A DNA stretch of 64,000 bases from Candidatus Latescibacterota bacterium (GTDB lineage: Bacteria > Latescibacterota > UBA2968), in contig OZ242320.1 in the NCBI GenBank assembly GCA_965208125.1, forward strand, positions 2,880,001 to 2,944,000, in the 5' to 3' direction. Of the stretch, positions 36,922 through 46,536 are shown in pieces. Below the pieces are notes generated by a model. That model did not search any database. It saw only the letters and a program-made list of their open reading frames with translations, and was not told where the DNA came from. Position 1 is the first letter of the stretch. Every line of letters starts with the position of its first letter. The translations under genes and the position numbers were made by a program.

Positions 36922-38889
36922 TTACCACCCGTGTACAAAGTGTCCACTTCCGGGAAACCAGATCGCATCTACGACACTCGATACGCCCACGCCCAACAGG
37001 TATCCCACTACTATTCCATAGGAAAATGGCATCGATCGCCGGTAAAGTCCTACGCCTCCAAATTTGAGGGTCAGTGCTTTGACGAGCCATACGAGAAAGA
37101 TAGCGAATCCGTATGTATGGCTCGGGAAGGCGAGTCCCACCGGGTGAATCGGCCAGGAAGCGAACCTGGTATTCAGCAATGTCAGCAGTCCCGCTTCTCC
37201 GACCCCGAATAGCCAGACCAGCAGTTTCTGAAAATCAAAATATGTGGGTTCTGTCCCCTCAATTATGCCTACCTGCCTCAGCATTACGGTCCAATCGTAC
37301 ATGTAGGCTGCGTTCAGGCCGCCTTCCGTATAACACAAATAAAGCTGGGCACCGCAGGCTACGGCAAAGGCGGCGAGCAGAGAGATGGGCAGAGCACATA
37401 CCACCAGAAAACGGCGCTTCAGGGCTTGTTGCAATAGCCGAAAAAAATGTGGAATGGCCGGTATCGACAGCATTCGACCCGAATGCGCGGCCAGTCCGCC
37501 GCGGTTTAATACCATTATTCCCGTCAGGTCAGAGGGAGAAAAATTGGCTGTTCCGAGAAGCGTCTTTAGTATCGGCCCTCCTTTTTGCCCCTGGGGAGAT
37601 AGAAATACGAATCCCGTGGCTGCCGCGTATTTGGTCACGCCAAAGTAGATCACGAAAAACAGTGAAAGCTGTAGCAGAGCCGCGACGGGTCTCATGTCCA
37701 GAGATATCATCCAGCCTGTGAGAAATGCAAATGCCGCGCTGAATCCCAGCCAGGCCGTGCGGTAGGTCACGGGCGTTCCATCGTCTTTGCTCCGGTCGTC
37801 TGATAATGCCTTTTGCAGGGTTTCTTTTAGATGTCCTCTGGCTACCCAGACCGACCAGACCACGAGAAATACCAGTGCGCCGTGCGCCTCCAGCATCCGA
37901 ATTTCTCCCGAGGTTGCCGCCTGCCCCTGCATGCCCACTGTAAATCCCGTTCGATCCATCAGTGCTTGTTTGAAAATATTGAGCACAAAAAAGGTCCACA
38001 CGCTCAGCAGTATATTTAGCGGACACAGGTAGGCCAGTCCCATCAAAAGGGGCTGAATCCTCAGGTATAAGGTCGGAAAATCGCGCCCGATATGCACGGC
38101 TTTGGTCAAGTAGTGATCGTAGATCCCAATGCGCGGAATTGTGAGAATAAAATATCCGGCAATATTCCAGAAAATTACGCCGGCTGTACACGCAAAACCC
38201 ATCCAGAAAACGGGCGTTCGGAACACGATGGGCAATCGGTGTGAGGGGTCTTCCCGAAGGAGTTCCAGGGGCATTGTCGCCAGGGGAAACGTCAGCCGTT
38301 CTCGTTCTACCCACTGTTTGTAAAATAACACACTTGCAAAAAAGCCAGCCATTACCAGTGCTACAGTTCCGGCAAACCACCAGAACAGCGGGGTTAGCCA
38401 GTTGCGCCACGGAATCGATTCCTCTGATCCCAGCCCCACGTACAGCTTTTCTACTACCATATCTCCCGGCTCAAAAAACAGCCAGCGGGGCATATAGGCT
38501 CCCACGACCTCCCAAAATCGGTTTTCCGGTGAAGAAAAAGCGGATGGTGCCGAAATATCTGTGATCAAGTACCCGGCCCAGCCCACTGCCGGTGCAGTAC
38601 CTACCATCCAGACCATTCCAAAAATCACCATTACCTCTGTGCGCGACAGGGCAAAGCGAGGCAAAATTAGCTTTAATACTGTGTTGATCCCCACCCACAA
38701 TACCAGTGGCAGCAACGCGGTAACGGGCACGAAGCTTTTCATCAGATTTCGCCCGAAGTAGGTCGCGTACAAACACATGCCCGCAATTGTGATCAGCCCC
38801 AGTACAAAAGCCCGAATGGTGAGCGATTCAGATGCTGTTGATGCTTTTCTTTTAGGTTCCGGTGCCGAAGCCATATTCGCAAACCCCAT
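36922..38889 (-). CDS. Large polytopic membrane protein, DUF6785/DUF6784-like (putative transporter)
   Basis: About 15 hydrophobic segments; SIPWRNWLTPL, KQWVERERLTFPLA, WPIHPVG, KFGGVGLYRR..PF..GIVVG. Confidence 0.7.
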   Translation of the reverse strand: MGFANMASAPEPKRKASTASESLTIRAFVLGLITIAGMCLYATYFGRNLMKSFVPVTALLPLVLWVGINTVLKLILPRFALSRTEVMVIFGMVWMVGTAPAVGWAGYLITDISAPSAFSSPENRFWEVVGAYMPRWLFFEPGDMVVEKLYVGLGSEESIPWRNWLTPLFWWFAGTVALVMAGFFASVLFYKQWVERERLTFPLATMPLELLREDPSHRLPIVFRTPVFWMGFACTAGVIFWNIAGYFILTIPRIGIYDHYLTKAVHIGRDFPTLYLRIQPLLMGLAYLCPLNILLSVWTFFVLNIFKQALMDRTGFTVGMQGQAATSGEIRMLEAHGALVFLVVWSVWVARGHLKETLQKALSDDRSKDDGTPVTYRTAWLGFSAAFAFLTGWMISLDMRPVAALLQLSLFFVIYFGVTKYAAATGFVFLSPQGQKGGPILKTLLGTANFSPSDLTGIMVLNRGGLAAHSGRMLSIPAIPHFFRLLQQALKRRFLVVCALPISLLAAFAVACGAQLYLCYTEGGLNAAYMYDWTVMLRQVGIIEGTEPTYFDFQKLLVWLFGVGEAGLLTLLNTRFASWPIHPVGLAFPSHTYGFAIFLVWLVKALTLKFGGVGLYRRSMPFSYGIVVGYLLGVGVSSVVDAIWFPGSGHFVHGW

Positions 38890-38892
38890 CTC

Positions 38893-41271
38893 TCAGGGCA
38901 TGGGTTCTGTGATATTCACAATTTGTCCTGCGGGCAGATTTTCTGCGACCTGCACTGTTCCGCTGGGCCAGATCACTTTCAGGCGCGTTGCGCGGTCGGC
39001 ATCTCCCAGGCCAAAATGGATCGCATAGGGGTCGGTTGATCCGAATCCGACGCTTCCGGGTACCTCCCGGAACAGGGTGCGGTTTCCCACTGTCAGGCGC
39101 AATTTTGCGCCCACGCCAAAACGATTGCTTTGCTGTCCTTGAAGTGTGATCTGTAACCAGCGATTCTGATTTTCCGACTCGTTGCGGTAAAGTGCATTTT
39201 CGAATAGGTCTCCGTGGTACCATCCGCCTTGCGGTGCATAGACATCCAGGTCGCCGTCTGCGTCGTAATCGGCAAATGTGATGCCGTGTCCTTTGCCCAG
39301 GTGTCCCATTCCCGCGTATTTGGTCAGATCTGTGAATGTCCCGTTCCCATTGTTGCGATAAAACCGGTTTGGTTCCAGGCGTCCCAGGTCCGGATCGCCC
39401 GTCCCGAAGTACACGTCCAGGTACCCGTCGTTATCTATATCTCCCACATTGCCGCCCATTACGCCGTGTGCGTAGATGAATCCCGCTTCGTAGGATACAT
39501 CTGTGAAGCGCCAGCCTTCGGCCTGGCCCTCGTTGCGGTATAGCTTGGGCGTTGGATAGGCCGGGTCGGTGGGCGCGGTATAGCCGATCCGCTGTCCCTC
39601 TAAGCTCTCTTTGAATCCGGCAAGGCAGGTGGTCAGGATGTCCAGGTCGCCGTCGTTGTCGTAGTCGAAGAAGAACGATACATAGCCCCGAAGCGTGCCG
39701 CTTCCGGCGACGTTGGAGGCTTGCGCCACATCGACAAATGTGCCGTCTCCGCGATTTCGATATAGGGCATTGGGCGTCTCGAAGCCGGTTACAAAGAGGT
39801 CCAGGTCGCCGTCTAAGTCATAATCGCCAAAGGCTGCGCCTACCGTGCCCAGGTCAAAATGAAGGCCCGCTTCGTCTGTGGTTTCGACAAAGGTTCCGTT
39901 TCCATTGTTGCGGTAGTGCGCGTTTGAGGATCCGTCCCCGGCAATGCCATTTGCGATAAATAAATCCAGGTCGCCATCGTTGTCCGTATCGCCCCACAGG
40001 GAGACAAATCCCGATCCCCCGTCATTTGTGCCCGAAGCTGCAGATACATCGGTAAATTGGCCGCCGTCATTGCGGTAGAGTGCGTTTGGCCCGGGCCCGG
40101 ACCACCCGCTGCGGGTGATGTAGAGGTCCAGGTCGCCATCGTTGTCATAATCGACGAGATTTCCCGAAAATCCCGAATCCACGTCTTTCAGGCCGATCTG
40201 GTTGCTGATATCCACAAATCGCGTTCCATCGTTGCGGTAAAATGCGAGGTACGTGTCGCATCCCTGCGCCAGCAGATCCAGGTCGCCATCGCCGTCGATG
40301 TCTCCCCAGGCACTTGGCCCGGCTCCGTCCAATTTGGCTACGCCCAGGTCGCGGGCTACATCTGTAAAGCGCACGGGCAGGGGTGTGTCTGTGGATTCGG
40401 GGCGCTGGTCGAAGCGATAATAGGACCACAACGACCAGGGATAACCGCCGAATTTGTCATAGGCTTGTTTCAGATTCCACTGGGTGCGGAAAAACCATTC
40501 GTCTGTTTCGGGCAGGGCGCGCAGCAAATTTAAGAATGTTTCGGCTGATTTTCGATACTGTCCCGCGCGGTAATAGGCCACGCCCAGCCGATCCGGTACG
40601 CGCAGGTCCAGGCGGTCCTTTTGCATTTGCATCGCTACTTTCAAGCGTTCAATTGCCGCTTCGTAATCCCCCATTCTCAGAAGGGCGAGGCCAGCCAGAT
40701 AGCGCGCTTCTGCATCGTTTATGGCGTTATCGGATAATTTATCGGCGTGGTGAAACGCGCGTTCCAGTAAGATTCGGGAATCGTTCAGGGGCAGGATTTG
40801 TCCGCTGCTTCCCATTTTCTGATTTTCAAACCAGATGGTTTCTCCGCCCAGCAAATAGGTGACGTATTCTTTTCGCACGTCCAGCATGAGGGGTTGTCTC
40901 ACAAGAGCTGCTTCAAATTGCGCTGCTGCTCGGGCGGGTTCCCGCTGTGATCGGTAAAGCCGCGCGAGCCATGTTCGCGCTTCGACTGCATCCGGATTGC
41001 GGGCTACTGCTCGCTCAAACGTGGTTATTGCTTCGGGGCGGTTTTGAATTGCGAGTATTTTGCCCAGGTGGAGATAGGCCGCGCTTTGCGTCGAGTCGAT
41101 TTGAATACATCGGCGGAACTCGGCTTCGGCAGCTTCGTGCTGCGCCCGCCGCATGCTTTCTATTCCCTGCTGGAGATGCGTGGTATAATCCATCCGCATG
41201 CCCGGAGAAGGTGCTTTTTGTTCACTGCATCCGATTGACAGGACAATCAGTAACAGAAGGAGTACAATCAT
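38893..41271 (-). CDS. TPR + FG-GAP + ASPIC/UnbV (CRTAC1-type) lipoprotein
   Basis: Lipobox LSIG|C, N-terminal TPRs, about 7 DxDxDGDLD repeats, SNRFGVGAK, HFGLG, VIWPSG; ATG 41271 lies 1 bp after the ATPase stop. Confidence 0.9.
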   Translation of the reverse strand: MIVLLLLLIVLSIGCSEQKAPSPGMRMDYTTHLQQGIESMRRAQHEAAEAEFRRCIQIDSTQSAAYLHLGKILAIQNRPEAITTFERAVARNPDAVEARTWLARLYRSQREPARAAAQFEAALVRQPLMLDVRKEYVTYLLGGETIWFENQKMGSSGQILPLNDSRILLERAFHHADKLSDNAINDAEARYLAGLALLRMGDYEAAIERLKVAMQMQKDRLDLRVPDRLGVAYYRAGQYRKSAETFLNLLRALPETDEWFFRTQWNLKQAYDKFGGYPWSLWSYYRFDQRPESTDTPLPVRFTDVARDLGVAKLDGAGPSAWGDIDGDGDLDLLAQGCDTYLAFYRNDGTRFVDISNQIGLKDVDSGFSGNLVDYDNDGDLDLYITRSGWSGPGPNALYRNDGGQFTDVSAASGTNDGGSGFVSLWGDTDNDGDLDLFIANGIAGDGSSNAHYRNNGNGTFVETTDEAGLHFDLGTVGAAFGDYDLDGDLDLFVTGFETPNALYRNRGDGTFVDVAQASNVAGSGTLRGYVSFFFDYDNDGDLDILTTCLAGFKESLEGQRIGYTAPTDPAYPTPKLYRNEGQAEGWRFTDVSYEAGFIYAHGVMGGNVGDIDNDGYLDVYFGTGDPDLGRLEPNRFYRNNGNGTFTDLTKYAGMGHLGKGHGITFADYDADGDLDVYAPQGGWYHGDLFENALYRNESENQNRWLQITLQGQQSNRFGVGAKLRLTVGNRTLFREVPGSVGFGSTDPYAIHFGLGDADRATRLKVIWPSGTVQVAENLPAGQIVNITEPMP

Positions 41272-41272
41272 G

Positions 41273-41935
41273 TCAGACCACCCGTCCATCTGCGAGTTTT
41301 ATCTGTCGATCTGCTCGATTTGCCAGATTCTGGTTGTGCGTGGATAGCACGATTGTCACTCCTTCGGTGTGGTTCATATCCCGCAACAATGCCACAATCT
41401 CATTCCCCCGTTTTGAATCCAGGTTGCCAGTTGGTTCGTCTGCGAGCAAGATCTCGGGGTTGTTTACGAGTGCGCGTACAATGGCTACCCGTTGCTGTTC
41501 GCCTCCCGATAGTTCTCGAGGCAGGTGATCTGATCGGTGCTGCAAATCCACGCGTGTCAGCAAGTCTCTTACCCGATTGTGGTGATGCAGTGCACGGGAA
41601 AAGAGGAGGGGGAGTGCCACATTTTCTTCGACGGTCAATGTGGGGACCAGGCAATAGTCTTGAAATACGAATCCCACGTGTTGCCGACGCATGGTTTCCA
41701 GGTCTTTGCCGCGCAAAGTACTCACGTCTCGATCCAGTAATTTCAAAAGGCCCGATGTGGGCCGGTCCAGACAGCCCAGAAGGTTCAACAGGGTTGTTTT
41801 TCCCGCGCCCGACGCGCCTGTGATGGCTACAAACTCGCCGGGTTCTACGATCAGATCTACACCGAATAATGCTGCGATTTCTTCGGCTGAACGGCGGTAT
41901 ATGCGGGTGAGGCCCTGTGCGAGAATAGCCGACAT
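41273..41935 (-). CDS. LolD/MacB-type ABC ATP-binding protein
   Basis: GASGAGKTT, GCLDRPTSG, GFVFQ, LSGGEQQRVA, LLADEPTGNLD, STH; ATG 41935 follows the permease stop. Confidence 0.95.
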   Translation of the reverse strand: MSAILAQGLTRIYRRSAEEIAALFGVDLIVEPGEFVAITGASGAGKTTLLNLLGCLDRPTSGLLKLLDRDVSTLRGKDLETMRRQHVGFVFQDYCLVPTLTVEENVALPLLFSRALHHHNRVRDLLTRVDLQHRSDHLPRELSGGEQQRVAIVRALVNNPEILLADEPTGNLDSKRGNEIVALLRDMNHTEGVTIVLSTHNQNLANRADRQIKLADGRVV

Positions 41936-41936
41936 T

Positions 41937-43112
41937 TCAGCGCATCCACGCAATGGGATGCAGGCGGGAAGCCCGCCACCCCGGTATGATTCCAGCCAGT
42001 ATGCCCATGCCTGCTGCCATTGCAACGCCACCTATAAGGAAGGTCCCATCAATTTGCACCAGTATGCCTGGGGGGGCAAATGGGAGGATTGCACGCACGG
42101 CTTCAGATGCCAGGCGACTGCCCAGGACCGCTATTCCGCCACCTGCGATTCCGCCTATGGTGCAGATTGTCAGTGCCTCTGCACAGATCAATGCAAATAC
42201 ATCGCCCCGGGATGCGCCAATTGCTCGCATTACGCCGATTTCTCGCGTTCGCTCAAAGACTGCGATTAGCATGGTGTTCATTACGCCGAGTACTGCAATT
42301 GCTACGGCTACGATGGTGACTGTTCCAATGAAAAACCGCGCTGTGCCCAGGAGGTCGAGAAGGGTTCGCTGGACCTGCGCCATGGTGATAACCTGTACCG
42401 AGGGTATTTCGAATACGCGTTCCGAAAATCCGTCTATTCTGGACAGGTCTTTTAATTTTACACCGATGCCTGTGAGTTTCTCCTTTTTGTCGAAGAGGCG
42501 TTGCGCTACCTCAAGCGGCACGAAGATGGTGCCGTCGTCCTGCGTTCCGCTGCGGTCAAAAATCCCGCGTACTCGGAATGTTTGTCCCAGTCCCTTGAGC
42601 GGAAAATCGTCCCCGATGTTTTTTCGATAATACGCCGCTACGCTGTATCCCAGTATTACCTCGTCGGTCGCGCTTTCGTTGAACCATTCGCCCCGCTGGA
42701 AGGTTAGCCAGGGTTTCATTTCCAGAAAGCTGTCTTCTATTCCCGTTATCAGGGAAAATCCCTCCCGGTGTACGGGAAGCGATCCGAGAAATAACCGTGT
42801 CGTGGTCGCCACATCGGCGTCTCGAAGAATTTCACGGTGGATAGCTTCATCCATGTACATCGGTATTACCCCACCTTGCATCAACAGGGTCGCGGCTTCG
42901 TAGGGGCATCCTTTTGAGGTGACCAGTACGTGATAGCCCAGTCGGTCAATGCTGTGGATGAGGGATGTGCGGTATCCGGTTCCCAGGCCCAGGAGGCTGA
43001 CCAGTACGCATACGGATAGGGCTACGCCGCTTATGGTTAGAGCGCTTCGCGTGCGGTGTCGCCGCAGTTCTTTCAGGACGACGCTTATAAATTGAAAAAT
43101 GACCAAATCCAC
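41937..43112 (-). CDS. MacB/FtsX-type ABC permease
   Basis: RSALTISGVALSV, KGCPYE, GVMNTMLIAVFERTREIGVMRAIGA, PGWRASRLHP. Confidence 0.92.
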   Translation of the reverse strand: MDLVIFQFISVVLKELRRHRTRSALTISGVALSVCVLVSLLGLGTGYRTSLIHSIDRLGYHVLVTSKGCPYEAATLLMQGGVIPMYMDEAIHREILRDADVATTTRLFLGSLPVHREGFSLITGIEDSFLEMKPWLTFQRGEWFNESATDEVILGYSVAAYYRKNIGDDFPLKGLGQTFRVRGIFDRSGTQDDGTIFVPLEVAQRLFDKKEKLTGIGVKLKDLSRIDGFSERVFEIPSVQVITMAQVQRTLLDLLGTARFFIGTVTIVAVAIAVLGVMNTMLIAVFERTREIGVMRAIGASRGDVFALICAEALTICTIGGIAGGGIAVLGSRLASEAVRAILPFAPPGILVQIDGTFLIGGVAMAAGMGILAGIIPGWRASRLHPIAWMR

Positions 43113-43480
43113 GCCCTTTTGCGATAGATTTCTACGCCTTTTCCCATCAGGCGCAGATCGCCTGCGATGCGTTTTACTACGCCTACGACGCGCAGGGAGT
43201 CGCCAGAGATATTGCGGGGGACGGTTATGGTCCGTCCCTGTTCCAGGTCAATCAGTATATGCTGAGTATTGTCTTGTAGTACAAACCAGCATCCCATGTG
43301 CTGGCATACCTGTCCCACGCGGCCCGATAGTACTACTCGCTGTTCGAGAAATGCAGATGGACGATCCAGGATTTCTTTGATCCGGGTCGCGCGATTTGCA
43401 GGTACGGCTTCGCCCACTTGATGCACTTTCGCAGAATCGCATCCGATTATCAGGACCAGGAGTAGCAGATACAGACGCAT
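43085..43480 (-). CDS. Small OB-fold lipoprotein, DUF4920-like
   Basis: Lipobox IIG|C; V.LSG.V.QVCQHMGCWFVL motif. Confidence 0.65.
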   Translation of the reverse strand: MRLYLLLLVLIIGCDSAKVHQVGEAVPANRATRIKEILDRPSAFLEQRVVLSGRVGQVCQHMGCWFVLQDNTQHILIDLEQGRTITVPRNISGDSLRVVGVVKRIAGDLRLMGKGVEIYRKRAWIWSFFNL

Positions 43481-43520
43481 CTATATATCTCCAGTTTTTG
43501 CGTGACGCCTGCCATATGAG

Positions 43521-43549
43521 ATGATATTTTGTTTATGGGATAAAATCAA
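43521..43549 (-). promoter_or_regulatory. Candidate sigma-70 promoter for the DUF4920-ABC-CRTAC1 operon
   Basis: Minus strand TTGATT-17 nt-TATCAT, 40 bp upstream of ATG 43480. Confidence 0.5.
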
Positions 43550-43582
43550 GGGATTCTCCCATCCGTTTTCTGTGACAGGAAT

Positions 43583-45421
43583 ATGCCGATGAAAAAAATA
43601 ATAGGTATTCTTATAGTCGGCGTTTGTCTGGCGTGCAAGCCCTCAAAACCCGATGTATCTACGGAGTTCGTCGGCGTACATCGCTGTGTGGGTTGCCATA
43701 TAGAAGCGTATCAAAAGTGGCAGCGCACTACCCATGCGACCTCTATGCAAGAAGCGACTTCGCAGACTGTTAAGGGCGATTTTAAAAAAAATAATACCTA
43801 TACTTTCGGCGGTGTTACCTCAACGATGAGCCTTCAAAATGGTCGCTATTTTATTACGACGCCGGGGGCTGATGGGGCGCAAGGTACCCACGAGGTGCTA
43901 TACACGATTGGCGACCGGGATACGCAGTGGTACATCGCTGAGCTTCCCGGAGGCCATTTGCAAATTCTTCCGGTTTATTTCGATGTTCGCAGAAATGTCT
44001 GGTACAATCCCGTTGAAGGTATTATTGCCTCGCCGTCCGAACAGCCTTTAGATCCCCGCGATACGTCTTTCTGGATGCATTTTGGACGCAATTGGAGCGC
44101 GCAGTGTTTTGACTGCCACGCCAGTCAGATTGAGGTCAATTACGATCCCGATGCGGGTACTTATGATTCCCGTTGGGTAGATTTGAGCATCAATTGCGAG
44201 ACCTGTCACGGTCCCGGGCAGGGCCATGTCGCGTTTTGGGAGAGAGCACTGACAGATGCCGATGCTGCCGGTATGCAGGATACTTCGCTGGTGAATTTGA
44301 GAATGCTCTCCTCAGAACAATCCGTAGAGCTTTGCGCGCAGTGCCACGCGACGAAGCGCATTTTGAAACTGGGCTATCGACCCGGCGACAATTTTTACGA
44401 TTTTTACGAACCTGTTGTTCTGGATTTTGAAGGTATGTGGCCCAATGGTCGCTACCGGCATCTCGCGTATAATTATACGGCGCTCACGCTCAGTCCCTGT
44501 TATACAGAGGGCGGAGTGACGTGTTTGACCTGTCACCCCTCGCATGGTCCGGAGGTGAAAAAGAAGACAAGGGCAGATTTCGACGGTATATGTATGCAGT
44601 GTCATCGGGATATACAGCCAGGTGAACACAGCCGCCACGAGCAGCACATCGCCTGTGTAGATTGCCATATGCCCCCGATCCCAGAAGTGCGCCGGGTGCG
44701 CGTGTTTGACCATCGCATTGCGCCCCCGGTTCCAGCGAATACGGTGCGCTTTGGTATCCCAAATGCCTGTGGCGAATGCCACGGGGATCGCACGCCTGAA
44801 TGGGCTGTGGAAAAGACAGAAGCCTGGTGGGGGAAACAGGATGATTATCTTTTGCAAACGGCGGCTGTTGCACTGGGGCGACAGGGAAATCCAATGGCTG
44901 TATCTCCTCTGAAAGACGAGTTGGTCGATCTGTCCAATAATCCCATGCGGCGGGCTTCTGCGGCTCTGCTTCTGGGACGCACCCGATCCTCGCAGGCTGT
45001 TCCTGCGCTCCTCGATGCTTTAAAAGATTCGCATCCACTCATCCGTGCAAAGGCGGTAGAAGGTCTGGGTTTGATCGGTCAGGCGCGGGTTGTGCCCGCG
45101 TTGGTTCCATTGTTAGACGATCCGATCCGCCTCGTGCGGTTGGCTCTTGTGCCGGCTGTCGAAAATCTGGGGGCATACCATCTCACGGGCCAGGACTACG
45201 AGCGCTATGAGGCCATTTTTGCCGAATACGAACAGGCGAGCAAAGAGGTCTGGGCGACTGATCCCTATGTGCATTCGTTTCTCGGATGGTGTTATATGAG
45301 GCGGGGAAATACTGAATTGGCCCGGCGCGCTTTCCAGCGGGCACTGCGGATTTGGCCCGGCATTGAGGACGCGGCCAGAGGACTGGCGCAGATACATAAT
45401 CCAGAAAAAAATGACCGATGA
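43583..45421 (+). CDS. Multiheme (8 CxxCH) cytochrome c lipoprotein with C-terminal HEAT and TPR repeats
   Basis: CVGCH, CFDCH, CETCH, CAQCH, CLTCH, CMQCH, CVDCH, CGECH; lipobox CLA|C; HEAT repeats (AVPALLDALKD..PLIRAKAVEGLG) and one terminal TPR. Confidence 0.92.
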   Translation: MPMKKIIGILIVGVCLACKPSKPDVSTEFVGVHRCVGCHIEAYQKWQRTTHATSMQEATSQTVKGDFKKNNTYTFGGVTSTMSLQNGRYFITTPGADGAQGTHEVLYTIGDRDTQWYIAELPGGHLQILPVYFDVRRNVWYNPVEGIIASPSEQPLDPRDTSFWMHFGRNWSAQCFDCHASQIEVNYDPDAGTYDSRWVDLSINCETCHGPGQGHVAFWERALTDADAAGMQDTSLVNLRMLSSEQSVELCAQCHATKRILKLGYRPGDNFYDFYEPVVLDFEGMWPNGRYRHLAYNYTALTLSPCYTEGGVTCLTCHPSHGPEVKKKTRADFDGICMQCHRDIQPGEHSRHEQHIACVDCHMPPIPEVRRVRVFDHRIAPPVPANTVRFGIPNACGECHGDRTPEWAVEKTEAWWGKQDDYLLQTAAVALGRQGNPMAVSPLKDELVDLSNNPMRRASAALLLGRTRSSQAVPALLDALKDSHPLIRAKAVEGLGLIGQARVVPALVPLLDDPIRLVRLALVPAVENLGAYHLTGQDYERYEAIFAEYEQASKEVWATDPYVHSFLGWCYMRRGNTELARRAFQRALRIWPGIEDAARGLAQIHNPEKNDR

Positions 45422-45448
45422 GTACAGGACTCACCGGTCGTTTTTTTT
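45405..45448. terminator. Bidirectional Rho-independent terminator
   Basis: A7-TGACCGATGAGT-ACAGG-ACTCACCGGTCG-T8 between the convergent cytochrome and PorV-like genes. Confidence 0.8.
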
Positions 45449-45464
45449 CGATTTAGAACGTCCG

Positions 45465-46478
45465 TTAGAAGGATCCGGTTATGGATACGCGCAGGGGCGG
45501 ATCAAATAGCTCGCCGAAACTTATATACGCAAAATCGACGCCGATCTTCCGTCCCACGCCCAAATCCTTTTGGACGCCGCCGCCCAGTGTCCAGGTACCC
45601 AGGTCGTACCGACCCCGGTAACCGGCGCGCAGTGCCAGCGTGTTGGCTACCCACAATTCGCCGCCCACATGCCAGCGCTCGCGGTCATCGATGTGATGTA
45701 TCAACTCGGCCGCTACGGTCAGATACGTGGGGTCTCCTTTGCGTCCGTAAGGCTCCATCGCCAAAGCGATGGTGTAGATCAAAGGCTGGGCAATTGACGT
45801 GCCCTGCGGCAGGGAGCCGGGGATTACCAGTTCCTGGTCTTTGCCGAAGTTGCGAAGCGTCATGGCCAGGCGCGAGCTGCCAAATCCGGTGTAAAAAATA
45901 CTGGAAAAGTCGAATGAGGCACTGTTGATCTTGTCCTGGTCCAGCGTCTCTTGAATCCACTTTACTGACACGCCCAGCGACAATTTGTCCGTCATCTTGT
46001 ACGCATAACCGAAGTTTATGAAAATATCGCCGGCCGATATATCCCGCGTGAAACGCCCTTGTGGATCCAGAGGCGTGGTCTCGCGAGAGGTGCCCGCGTC
46101 AAACTGAACGACGGATAGCCCAAAGGTCTGTTGGCCGTACCGCCAGGCGACTGCACCGTTGAAGAATTTCGAATCTACCATCCAGCGCGTATATCCCAGG
46201 GCATATTCGAATCGCTCGATATGGGTCAATGCCGCCGTGTTCCAGAACATCGCATTGATGTCGTCGGCTGCGGCTGTAAATGCATCGCCCATTGCGGCTG
46301 CTCGCGCGCTCTGCCCCACCTTCAATGCGTGGAACGAAGCCCGCCCGGTTCCGTGGAACTCTTTTGTCCGATGCTGACCCGCGCGCACGCCGGACGGCAA
46401 CTTGTAGTCCTGCGCCCAGGCGTCTGACCCCAAAAGCCCGACGGCCAGGAGCATCGTATAAATAGTTAATCGTTTCAC
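45465..46478 (-). CDS. PorV/PorQ-family outer-membrane beta-barrel
   Basis: Signal peptide; LKVGQSARAAAMGDAFTA.ADD.NAMFWN.AAL (FadL/PorV-like N-terminus), LALRAGY, terminal Phe; AAGGAG RBS, GTG start. Confidence 0.85.
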   Translation of the reverse strand: MKRLTIYTMLLAVGLLGSDAWAQDYKLPSGVRAGQHRTKEFHGTGRASFHALKVGQSARAAAMGDAFTAAADDINAMFWNTAALTHIERFEYALGYTRWMVDSKFFNGAVAWRYGQQTFGLSVVQFDAGTSRETTPLDPQGRFTRDISAGDIFINFGYAYKMTDKLSLGVSVKWIQETLDQDKINSASFDFSSIFYTGFGSSRLAMTLRNFGKDQELVIPGSLPQGTSIAQPLIYTIALAMEPYGRKGDPTYLTVAAELIHHIDDRERWHVGGELWVANTLALRAGYRGRYDLGTWTLGGGVQKDLGVGRKIGVDFAYISFGELFDPPLRVSITGSF

Positions 46479-46499
46479 ATCTACTCTCCTTTGTTTGTA

Positions 46500-46527
46500 G
46501 AGGGGCGGAACAGAGTGCTCGCCCCTC
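46500..46527. other. Intercistronic hairpin
   Basis: GAGGGGCG/CGCCCCTC 8-bp perfect stem between the CTD protein and PorV-like genes. Confidence 0.55.
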
Positions 46528-46536
46528 CCGTCGGTC

